A program made the translations under genes and the position numbers. Under the pieces are notes generated by a model that saw nothing but the letters and a program-made list of their open reading frames with translations, was not told the DNA's origin and did no database searches. From the NCBI GenBank assembly GCA_003693705.1, contig RBZT01000759.1, positions 1 through 35,284 of the forward strand: DNA of 35,284 nt, written 5' to 3'. The DNA is from Polymyxa betae A26-41. Taxonomy: Eukaryota > Protista > Endomyxa: Phytomyxea. Of the stretch, positions 11,001 to 22,100 are shown piece after piece; the first letter of the stretch is position 1, and each line of letters starts with the position of its first letter.

Positions 11001-11199
11001 TAGCGCTCCATCAACTGGAGCTAGTTGGGATACGAAGCCGTCTGAAAGTAATGCAGCAAGTTCTGGTGGTTGGCAGGATTCTAGCTCCAAAGATAATGAA
11101 GATAGTGGAAACAAGAGAAATCGCAGCGACGGCGGCTGGGGCTCGTTACCGGCTGACGATGATGAAAGCAACAAGAGAAGTCGCACCGATGGATGGTGA
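8037..11199 (+). CDS. SCAF4/SCAF8 (Nrd1/Seb1)-like protein: CTD-interacting domain + RRM + Pro-rich linker + long S/G/R/D/N-rich tail with W repeats and RGG
   Basis: ATG at 8037; ISSSKI...|YYKFVVFAVEHHMK...GMCIIDAILR...YPSRFSKNL (CID); VLSCVLYIGGI...FGKIDD|IRIV...AFVRYIDREEAESA...KIGWGKG (RRM). Six GT-AG introns, final exon 9371-11199. Confidence 0.85.
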
Positions 11200-11410
11200 T
11201 TATTTCCTATCCTTAAATAAGCCTTGATTATGCTACCTATAGTTATGAATACAGTATGTGATTAGACCTATTTACTAATCAACGCCTGGCCACATTTTCC
11301 TGACCCAAATTTGACATTTCTGTATGCACTAACGCATAAAGTAATGCCTCGTTATGAATTAAGGATTTTTAAATCTACAGGATCGTTTACTATGTACTCG
11401 CTACCCAGCG

Positions 11411-12595
11411 ATGTCACGGTCGATGTCGATCAGCGACTACGACGATGGCGGTGGCTCAATGTTCCACCGTCCAGCACCGTTTATCACATCTTTGAATGAA
11501 CGCCCTTCCATTCGTTTGCCATCCCTTGGAGGCTCCGTCGAGCTCCCTCCTGATCTCTACGAACGCTGCTCGACACCTCCTCCGACATCTGACATCAATC
11601 TGGCGACTTCGGCCGCTTCTTGCAGCCTCTTTTTCAACGATGCAAGGCAACAGCGTGTTTGGGATCGATACTTTGATAGCGGTTTCATGAAATCAATCGT
11701 GACCGATGCGTTCTGGTGGACTCTGGCAAACTTTTTCTGCGTTGAACGCGATGACAATTTGCTGAGGATTATCGAAGAGCGCATAGCAAACCAATTTGCC
11801 ACTTTATCGTCGCATATTGCAAGGCCTCACAAGGACCTCATAATGGATAACTTGCACGATACTGTGGCCCAATCCGCTTTTTACATGATTTATGCCTCCC
11901 ACCCGCATTTCCGTAACCGTCTCAATGCCCAAATGTGCACAAACATCGCAAAGGAGTTTGCTAGGTGGTTCCAGGGGCCTATACTGCCGCCGATAGATAT
12001 CCGGCATTGGAGGCTGGTAAAGAATGAAACGCCGAATATGACATCGGATTCCATCCTCGAATGCCTGAATGCCATTGACAGTGACGGATTACGCCCCAGC
12101 GAGAAGCTCGACATCATTTATCGGAACCGTGAAGATTACGTTCGCTCGGTTATTCCTATTCGAACAATGAAGACAATCGAAGCGTTTTCGAATTCGAAAC
12201 TGATTGCGCAGTACACGAGGAGGTCCATAGCGAGACCGTTCAAGCTTCGATTAACAAAAGCAAGCACCTCCCGGCAGCCCAGGAGCGAAGCCGTATTCAT
12301 GCGAAATCTTGGAATTTGGAGGGAGCATGAGCAGAACCAGAAGTTGAGGCAAAAACTGGACGAAATTCGTGCCGAAGTGGCGAAAGAAATCCAGGAAGCA
12401 GAGAACGAGAAGCAGGAGATGCGGAAAAGCTTCCGGGCGGCCAAGATCGAAGCCCGAGCTTCCAGTTCTAAGTTCGTCGCCGGTGTCGTCAAACAGATTC
12501 AGGAAGGGATGCGTCAATCTAAGAAACGAACGCTATCGGATGCGGTTCGAACCGAATTCGGCCTGGGGCCAGCACCATCGAAAGACTGGTGGTGA
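11411..12595 (+). CDS. FAM227-like (FWWh domain) cilia-associated protein with C-terminal coiled coil
   Basis: IVTDAFWWTLANFF motif, followed by IANQFATL...KDLIMDNLHDTVAQSAFYMIYASHP typical of FWWh/FAM227. Intronless CDS; probable 5'UTR intron at 11341-11380. Confidence 0.8.
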   Translation: MSRSMSISDYDDGGGSMFHRPAPFITSLNERPSIRLPSLGGSVELPPDLYERCSTPPPTSDINLATSAASCSLFFNDARQQRVWDRYFDSGFMKSIVTDAFWWTLANFFCVERDDNLLRIIEERIANQFATLSSHIARPHKDLIMDNLHDTVAQSAFYMIYASHPHFRNRLNAQMCTNIAKEFARWFQGPILPPIDIRHWRLVKNETPNMTSDSILECLNAIDSDGLRPSEKLDIIYRNREDYVRSVIPIRTMKTIEAFSNSKLIAQYTRRSIARPFKLRLTKASTSRQPRSEAVFMRNLGIWREHEQNQKLRQKLDEIRAEVAKEIQEAENEKQEMRKSFRAAKIEARASSSKFVAGVVKQIQEGMRQSKKRTLSDAVRTEFGLGPAPSKDWW

Positions 12596-12864
12596 GTTTT
12601 GATGGTGAGCTTTGATGATTTCGCAAACTCGACCGCTGTTCGACAAATTGACTGCTAATGAGATCCCAACTCCCAAACTTAGATTTGCTGATAGTAAGAT
12701 AAACGAATGAGCGCCTTGTTTATCCCTATCTGTTTTTGAGAGCTCGAAAAGGCAAGTCAGAGCAGTCATCAATCATTCATTTCGCAGAATCGCGGAGCGG
12801 GTTCCGGGAAAGTTGGCGATTTCGATCTTTTGAATTCTGCTCTCTCTGCAGCCTACCAATCATC

Positions 12865-13566
12865 ATGTATCATCTATGCATAATGCTTTGTGCATTACAG
12901 GTTTCAGGTGCCCTAGCTGCTGTTATCAACGCACCGAATCTAATAGCTCTAACGCCAGCATCTCAGCTGGGAAGGTCTGGGCTTGCTCATCTAGCCCCGA
13001 TTCGTTGTGAACCTCAGCCGAAAAGAAATACGGCGGCATCATGCTCCATGTCGTCACGACCTCCAACCAACAAATTATCCCAAGTTCTGAGGCAAACTGC
13101 TGTGGCCTGCAGATACTATGTGGAGGAGCCAATCATGCCTAAAGATTTTGCTCAAGAAGCACGACCCATCATCGAAGAATTTATTAAGGTGGAATCGGAG
13201 TTAAAAGATCGAATCGAGAATGCTGTGACCGACTTCACCAATGATGATTTCGTTCAAAAATTCATCTCTCAAGGCGGATGTCAGCTATCCGAATCCATCT
13301 CTATCATTAGGCAATACTTGTTAGATACCAGCACGCAAGACAGAAAGAAAGACGACTATCCTGACCAGCTAGACGAGACAGTCCCGACAGCAGCATTGGA
13401 AGTATTCTTGTTCTCTAGAATGGAGAAGTACGCCGCTGAGAGAGGAATTAATGGGCCCAAACGCGCCATGAAACCGTTGCATCCTATTGACCGAATCTTA
13501 TACATAACACACCTCTGTATCTGGTATCTGTCGATACCCTCCAAATGGCGCCATAGCCTTCGCTAA
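12865..13566 (+). CDS. Secreted hypothetical protein (~233 aa), effector-like orphan
   Basis: First in-frame ATG at 12865 gives a signal-peptide-like MYHLCIMLCALQVSGALA; intronless; no domain recognised. Confidence 0.65.
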   Translation: MYHLCIMLCALQVSGALAAVINAPNLIALTPASQLGRSGLAHLAPIRCEPQPKRNTAASCSMSSRPPTNKLSQVLRQTAVACRYYVEEPIMPKDFAQEARPIIEEFIKVESELKDRIENAVTDFTNDDFVQKFISQGGCQLSESISIIRQYLLDTSTQDRKKDDYPDQLDETVPTAALEVFLFSRMEKYAAERGINGPKRAMKPLHPIDRILYITHLCIWYLSIPSKWRHSLR

Positions 13567-13695
13567 CTTCAATAAACGAATCATTGAGCAATGTTGCTAT
13601 GGTCTTTCCACACTCGAACCCGATCCAAGAGACCCTTTTTAAACGTCCATACAGATTCCGGGATTGAGAGAGAGGCACACACAAAATCTCAAAAG

Positions 13696-14265
13696 TAAAA
13701 GTACATTAGCGAAAGAGATCATCATGTAAAAGTACAACAACCTTTAACGAAAGGGATCATCATGTAAAAGTACAACAACCTTTAGCGAAAGAGATCATCT
13801 CGTAAAAGTACAACAACCTTTAGCGAAAGAGATCATCAGGTAAAAGTACAGCAACCTTCAGCGAAAGAGATCTTATCAGATAAAAGTACAACAACCTTCA
13901 GCGAAAGAGATCTTATCAGGTAAAAGTACAACAACCTTTAGCAAAAGAGATCATCAGATAAAAGTACAACAACCTTTAGCGAAAGAGATCATCAGGTAAA
14001 AGTACAACAACCTTCAGCGAAAGAGATCTTATCAGGTAAAAGTACAACAACCTTTAGCGAAAGAGATCATCAGGTAAAAGTACAGCAACCTTCAGCGAAA
14101 GAGATCTTATCAGATAAAAGTACAACAACCTTCAGCGAAAGAGATCTTATCAGGTAAAAGTACAACAACCTTTAGCGAAAAAGATCACTATGTAAAAGTA
14201 CAACAACCTTTAGCGAAAAAGATCACCATGTAAAAGTACAACAACCTTTAGCGAAAGAGACCATC
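13696..14265. repeat. Minisatellite/VNTR, ~15 tandem copies of a 38/40-bp unit (TAAAAGTACAACAACCTTYAGCGAAAGAGATC(TT)ATCAGR)
   Basis: Units start at 13696 (truncated), 13727, 13765, 13803, 13841, 13881, 13921, 13959, 13997, 14037, 14075, 14115, 14155, 14193 and 14231. No unique spacers. Confidence 0.97.
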
Positions 14266-14383
14266 TTTACTCGATTGTGATTCTGTGACGGATATGCATG
14301 CGACCTGCCATTTAGGCTCTCACGCATTATAAGTTTTTTATTCTTGTTATCCATTCGTTGTCGGCGGCGAGTCCAGACGTCCA

Positions 14384-15671
<1,288 letters not shown>

Positions 15672-16723
15672 TAGCACTTTCATTAACCTTTAATACATAT
15701 ATTCAATGTCTCTTATTTGTTTTTTCAAAAATTAACCTAAATGTTCAGAATGCTTTACCCCTTTTTTCAGTCTGTTAGAAATGTAATATTATTGGGCAAA
15801 AATCTGTCTTGACAGTGGTAAGCTACGTATAACCAAGCATTACAATCAGCACTCAATAGATTATGTAATTATTCTAAGCATTGCTGTGTGGTCCAGAATC
15901 TGTATATCACAATCCATCTGGCAAGTCTCTTTCGTACCAGAGTTGTAAACATTGAAAACCAATGGTACACAAAACATTTTTGGATGCTCAGCATTGGACT
16001 GCCCTAGGCCAGAACAGGGTTATGTCCACCACCAAAGGCGCTGCGTTTGTCTCCAAATATTCGGCTGTATTCAGGTTGACCATCTTGGTTAGCGGCCTGG
16101 CCGCCATCATCGGGGTGCATGTCGCTGGGCTTCAAAAGGATCGAAGGCACATATGCAATCGAGACCAGAAAGTTCATATGCGAAAAGAAAGCCAGCAATC
16201 ATGAAATGTTTTCACCCCTACGTGTCGACAAAATCTTGTTCTAAGTGCTGAAGGAACGATTTATTAACCACGAACAAGATGTGATCATATTGCCGAATAT
16301 AACCATAAAGCTGAGGCTTTAATCGAACATTATTGACAATAACAACATTGGAAAAAGCGCTGTGATATAACGTCATCGAAGGGAATTCCTTAAGAAGTCA
16401 TGATTGAATCTAGTCAAGTACAGTCATAAGCCCATCTTGACCATCGACTGCCTCTCTAATCGTTCAGGAGTGCGAGCTCATCTTTTTGTCCACCGACTAA
16501 TCGATTCGATGTGTGATGAGGAAGAGCGCAGCCTTTATCGCCGGGGCTCTGATTGGAACCTCACTGTTTGCCGCATCTTATTGGAGAGACCGTCAGAGTC
16601 AGTGTTAGCGCGGCCTGCTCCAAAGAAAGCTCAACTCAAAGTCAGGGCGCGGCCCACTCCCTTCGTTTTGACTTGATCGATCGTCATTGTTGCTGTCGTC
16701 ACAATCTAAGATAATCCATTGTG

Positions 16724-17613
16724 ATGGAGTCGTCGGGTGAAGAATGGCAGGTCGTCAAGCCGAAAAAACAACGAAAGAAGAAGGAGGAGAAACCGGCGTC
16801 GGGGTCCCCGAAGGCCAAGCCCAGCTCTGCTGAAGCGAAATCGAAGTCTAAAGGCGGCAAAGAAAAATCAGCTTCGTCATCGCCGCCGCCTCCCAATGCC
16901 CAACCTAAAAAATCCGGTGAGCATCAAAAGGCGAAAAAATCTGAGCAGAAGAAAGCTTCGATTATGAAGATGCCACTCAATACGAGAGAACAGATGGCTT
17001 TCTTTATTAAAGAGCTGGTAATCAACACCCCACCGCCTTCGAACAGGCTCGCTATCGCTGCTATCGGAGAGAAGATTATTGCTGTCACAAAAAATTCTTG
17101 GAATAAGAAGTACAAGTGGGTGTCATCAAACGATTCGATTAATTGTAAGAGCTTGACACATTATGCAGGAGTTCGTTCGGCTCTCTTCGTAGCTTTATTG
17201 AAAGCCAGAAGGATCTGTTTGTTATCGTTGGCGATGATGTCTATCTGGATGGAACTGTTCGACGTAAGTTGAAATTAAACACAACCGATTTGTTCTTATC
17301 GAGCCACTCAGCGCCGTCACCTGCCAAACCTTCGAACTCCGTTTCCCCCAAGACGAAGGCTGAACCCGTAAACAAGAGGCAAACAGGCAAGCAGGAAGCT
17401 GTTGCCAAGGCGCCAGCTCGAGTGCAGAAGAAGTCTACGAAGGCGTCTCATCACAGTGCTTCCCATGAAGAGAATGGATATGGATGTTTGAAAGCTTTGG
17501 CTGTTACTGGGCTGCTTGGCGCTGTTATTCTTTTCACGCTGGCTTCCGTTAATGCCATCGATCTCAAATCGCTACAGCGACTTGCACAGCAGCAGTTTAC
17601 ATTCAAACGATAA
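16724..17613 (+). CDS. Lys-rich, tail-anchored membrane protein with a LOTUS/OST-HTH-like winged-helix domain, 3 exons
   Basis: ATG at 16724. Splicing gives ...FFIKELV...RLAIAAIGEKI...WNKKYK|SSFGSLRSFIESQKDLFVIVGDDVYL; single C-terminal hydrophobic helix ALAVTGLLGAVILFTLASV. Confidence 0.7.
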
Positions 17614-17755
17614 ACCGGCTGCTGATGGATCCCAATCTGTTGAATTGCCAGTTTAATATATGTTCAAAACATAAATTCATGAGGTCATCAACGTTGATTG
17701 TTTGGGTTTTGATTTGAACCCGTCATAGCTTGTGGCGTACTACTGGTGATCTTCA

Positions 17756-19114
17756 ATGGGAAACCTTTGTAGTACCAGCAGGAAACTGGCCTCCTATTCA
17801 CCGGGAGCTGTGGAATCTGTTAAAACTTTGACTTCTGCGTTACATTCTGATGTTATTTTTGATTTGGCCTGTACGAGTGAGAGCGATGTTTTCCTATCAT
17901 GCTCCAACGATATGAAAATTTGTCGTTTTAATTGGAGGCGCGATCAAATTCTCGATGAATGGAAAGGTCATTCTGCTTGTGTGAACAAGGTTCTCTTGCA
18001 TAAAATCAAATACGCCACCAGCTTAAAAAGCGATTCAGGTGGTTTGGTCATCCAAATGTCAACAAGCTATTTCCTGTTCGAGAGATAAATCGATTTTGTT
18101 TTGGAAACCAGGTCAAGAACGACCCGTTTCACAATTGTTGGACGCCCATAAACTTACTATAACATCAATTGTTCTACATCCAAGTAGGTTTTCTCAATTT
18201 GGCAGCCCAGTACATTTCCACATCGCAAGCGAATAACGACTTTTTGTATATATGATTGCTTTTATAGGTCAAACGACAATCTGTTCCGGTTCGAGAGATT
18301 ACAATGTGCGATTCTGGGATATCGCAACTCAATCAATGACCCAATCGTTTGAGGTCAATTTGAACGTCGTGACATGCATGAGATGGATCCCAAACACGCC
18401 CGCAATAGTGCAATGTGGTGAAGACCTCATGATCCGGATTTGGGACCAGCGTTCTCCAGATCCTGTCCAACAATTCGAAGGCGGATCTGACTTCCCTGTA
18501 AGGACATTTCCGCTTGATTCTTTGAATTTTCATTCTATGCTGATTTAGCTGTGTTGCGACATCAGTGCAGACGGGAATGCATTGACAACGGGCTACAATG
18601 GGTTCAATCCCAGCGCTACTGTGCTCAAGCATTGGGATTTGAGGGTTCTTAGACAAACTGGAACGTTCGTAGGGCACGAACAATCAATTCGGGATTGCAA
18701 ATTTTCAAGTCATAATGGAAGGTAGTTTGATATAAAGGCACATTGCAATGGGACCTAATTGTACTCTAGAGATCTGTTGATTTCTACCGGCAAAGGTATG
18801 AAAGTTCTCTGTATAGATGTCATGCACATTCCTCAAGGCCGCCAACAGATCAGACTATAAAAATTTGGGATCCGACAGATTTCACCTGCCTGTCATCAAC
18901 AACCCAATCAGATATGTCGTACTGCACATCAGTTTGTTTGGATCCGAAGAGGTACCACATGATGATCATGGTTATTGCTGCATTTAAAGTCAGAATTAGG
19001 CCAGGTATTGTCCATGTGAGTTGCGCGGAGGCTTTCGTCACAACCTGGGAGATCACCGACGACTTTGCTCTGGATCCCATTTGCCGAACAAGGAGAAACA
19101 GGGCGGATAGTTAG
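17756..19114 (+). CDS. WDR31: WD40-repeat protein, WDR31-like, 7 exons
   Basis: MGNLCS N-terminus (myristoylation/palmitoylation-like); HSDVIFDL...SCSNDMKI...WKGHSACVNK, SCSRDKSI, CSGSRDYNVRFWD, NVVTCMRWIP, QCGEDLMIRIWD. GT-AG introns. Confidence 0.75.
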
Positions 19115-19180
19115 CAATATTAAAGTTTAATCAGAAAAATATATAGATGGATAGATATAATTGAAGCAGTGAATGCCGGT

Positions 19181-22100
19181 TTAGCTTAACACTGATTGGC
19201 AAAATGTCTTTACAGGATCGACCGCTCTCACTTCAGATGTGATGGCCTGCAGTTCAATCTGCCGCCTGAGTTGCCTGACTTTCTGCAGAAGCGAATTGAG
19301 CAGCAGTTCTTGGGAAAGCGTGTTCTGCCACTTCGGCAAACACGACCAGTTTCGCCAAGCTTTGCGAATGTGAAGAAGCCGAACTAACCGTAGCGATCGG
19401 GATAGACAATGTCGCCTTCTTGAAAATTCCAGAGAAGCTGTAGTCCAGGTAGAGAATATTCGCCTCATGATCTTTAGATCCATGTTCCGTCTGAAATGCG
19501 AAATCGCAAGAAGCTGACTCTGCCTCCATCGCGAAGTCATGCGCCAAACGATAAGCGTAACATGCCGCTGATGCATGGCCGACCTGGCGACATCTAGCTG
19601 CTGAGCTTCAAACAGCCAAGAAGTCAGGCAACGATTACGCCACATGTAAAACGTCGCTGCTTTGAGCGAGCTGTTACAATGAATTGACACTGGCTGACGT
19701 TGGGACGTATGATGAAGGCGACGAACAAGCAAGACAGATCGCCACTGCAGAAATGTTCGAATCAACAGCGACCGAATTCGAAATTTCTCCGAGCGGTTTG
19801 AAACGAACTCGACGATACGATTAGTGAAGAATGTATCACAGGAAGGCGACAGCGGCGCTGGCGCACCTGGCTGGTTAACCAATACAGAGTCTTTTTGGCA
19901 GAGCTGGCTTTGAAGGAAGAGGCAACGCCAATGTAGGAAAGCTTTCGCCAGTTTTAGTTCACGCATGTCGAAGCGCCTGATTACGAATTGTGCCATCTCG
20001 GATAGGCGATTGTGGAAACCGACGATGGAATCCGTTCCAGTTCTGTTTTTAGCAGCTTCAGAAGCACAGGCAGCAAATCTCCATCTGTACCAATATTTGG
20101 CGCGAAGAGCTCGCTTCTTTTGCCGTTCATGAACCATGACAAATAAGTGAAAATCTTGGTCAACCTGGGAATCTAACGACAACGACCGATCCATGTGAGG
20201 AGGAGATAGTTCAGGCGAAGAAGCCAACGCTACCGGTACCTCCGTTAGGGTCGGATTGGTGAGCGCTTGAGATTCAGAAAAAATTGTAGAACGACGAATG
20301 ACGTCAAATGAACTGGTGGAGGCGACTCGGCTGGAAGGTTGAGCAAACAGTCGTTGGCGAACCCGAACGAAGCATAAACTCCTCCATTGCGAAAATGAAG
20401 ATTTCAGCAAAACGATCTGTAATCGAATCTTCAATTGATTCGCGACACGCACCAGAGCCGAAAAACGAGCCCATGCTGAGAAAAAGCGTAGAAGATATTT
20501 CTTCGAAGCAGCTAATTCGTCAGCACGATCATTGCGGCTCGTTGCCACCCAGGAACGTAGGAAGCGTTTGGCTGCGGCTCTGCGAAGATTTGTATCACTG
20601 CACCGAGAAAGAAATTGCTTTGCTTTGGAATGCAATCGATGAAGCCGCAACCATCGCTGGAAATAGCGCATCCGGGTAAGAGTTGAGATTCGTGATTGAA
20701 AAGCGCGAACGGCAATATCGGCATTCGATTCAATCAACTGTCGTGTAGTATTGAAGAATGAATGGAAATTCGGTGAAGCAGAGAGTGACTCGAAATGAGA
20801 CTCTATTCGATGCCAATCGCTTGTTTCTTTGAAAATGGAAGTCAGTTGTAAAACGGAATCTAAATCGCTATCATCAGTGCCGATGGAAATACTACATGAT
20901 TCTGGGACAGCAGGTACTAAGGTGTTCTTGATACATTCGATCGTTTGAACAACTTCAGAAGGGACAGCAGGCGATATCGAAATGTCAAATGCGAATCGAT
21001 TTCGCAGACAGTCCTCCCAAACAATAACGTCTTGTTGGAGTTGGCGAAAATCGACCAGCGCTTCCTGGATGTTATCACAAATGTCAGTGATGTTCGCAAA
21101 CGATCCCAACATGGAAGAATGTTCCGATTGTAGCGAGCGAAGGTATTGTACGAGATTGTGATACTTAGCGGCATCTTCGCGATTTACTTCCAGCGATGAT
21201 CGAAACAGCTCGCGAAGACGAGCAAAGAAATCGGTAAGCGAGCCACAGGAGCCGAATAAATCGGGATATTCTGAGGTCAAAAGACGCATTTGTCTCAGAT
21301 CGGTCTGCAGAGGCAATAACGCTGTACTTGAAGTATCAATGAGCGAGAGATCTCGCGAACGTGAACAGACCACGTCATCGGTTTGCGAACTGACTTCTGT
21401 AGTAAACCAATTCGATGCAGAGAGAAAACGTTGGCTGAACTTCCGATTGTCACCGAAAAGGGCGACAGCCTTTTCAAGGGATTCACAAATTGCTGCATGA
21501 GATGTAACATCCGACAGAAGTTCCATAGCAGGAAGCTCAATCTGAAGCCCTGTCGCCAACTTTCTGCACAATGCCAAAATCCGCTGAAACGATTCGTCAC
21601 TTTGTTTCGAAATGATCGTCCTATTCAATGGAGCAAAATGTCGATCCGGTTTGCCAGGATCACAGGCAGATTTGGCTACGGCAGATTGCACTTCGGGAGC
21701 TGCTTTTTGAGGTAGCGCGGTTTGGCCATCTTGAGCTCGGGAGGAAGACGCAGCGATACAGCTTCCCGAAATCACCTCTGAATCCGACGTACCGCCCAGC
21801 TCAGGTACTGAAACGGCAGCGACCATGTCGGTAAAATGGATGTTGGGATCAGTTCGTGACCGCTTCTTTGGTTTCGATGAAGGGGACTCCGACTTCTTAG
21901 AAAGGCTAAAAACGATCTGGCGCAGTTTCGAGCACATAACAACAGCTTGCGACAGTTGCTTTCGAAGCTCAGCAATCTCCTGGTCTTTGGACGATGGCTG
22001 CAATAAAGATACTGGGTCTTTGAGGATGTCGTCGCGAAAATCAGATGCTGAAACTGAGGTTTGCGGTCGTCGTTGAAGTTTCGCGCATCTTTCGTGAGCT

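Noticed and set aside
9881-11227. 448-aa overlapping ORF in the +1 frame of the SCAF-like gene
   Set aside because: Stops in the +1 frame need Leu/Ile/Val/Met codons in the main frame, which are scarce in this G/S/R/D/N-rich tail, so the long open frame is a compositional by-product.
13696-14265. CRISPR- or guide-RNA-like array
   Set aside because: Units are contiguous near-identical copies with no unique spacers, there is no cas or other nuclease gene nearby, and the context is eukaryotic. Unit lengths of 38/40 also exclude a coding repeat.
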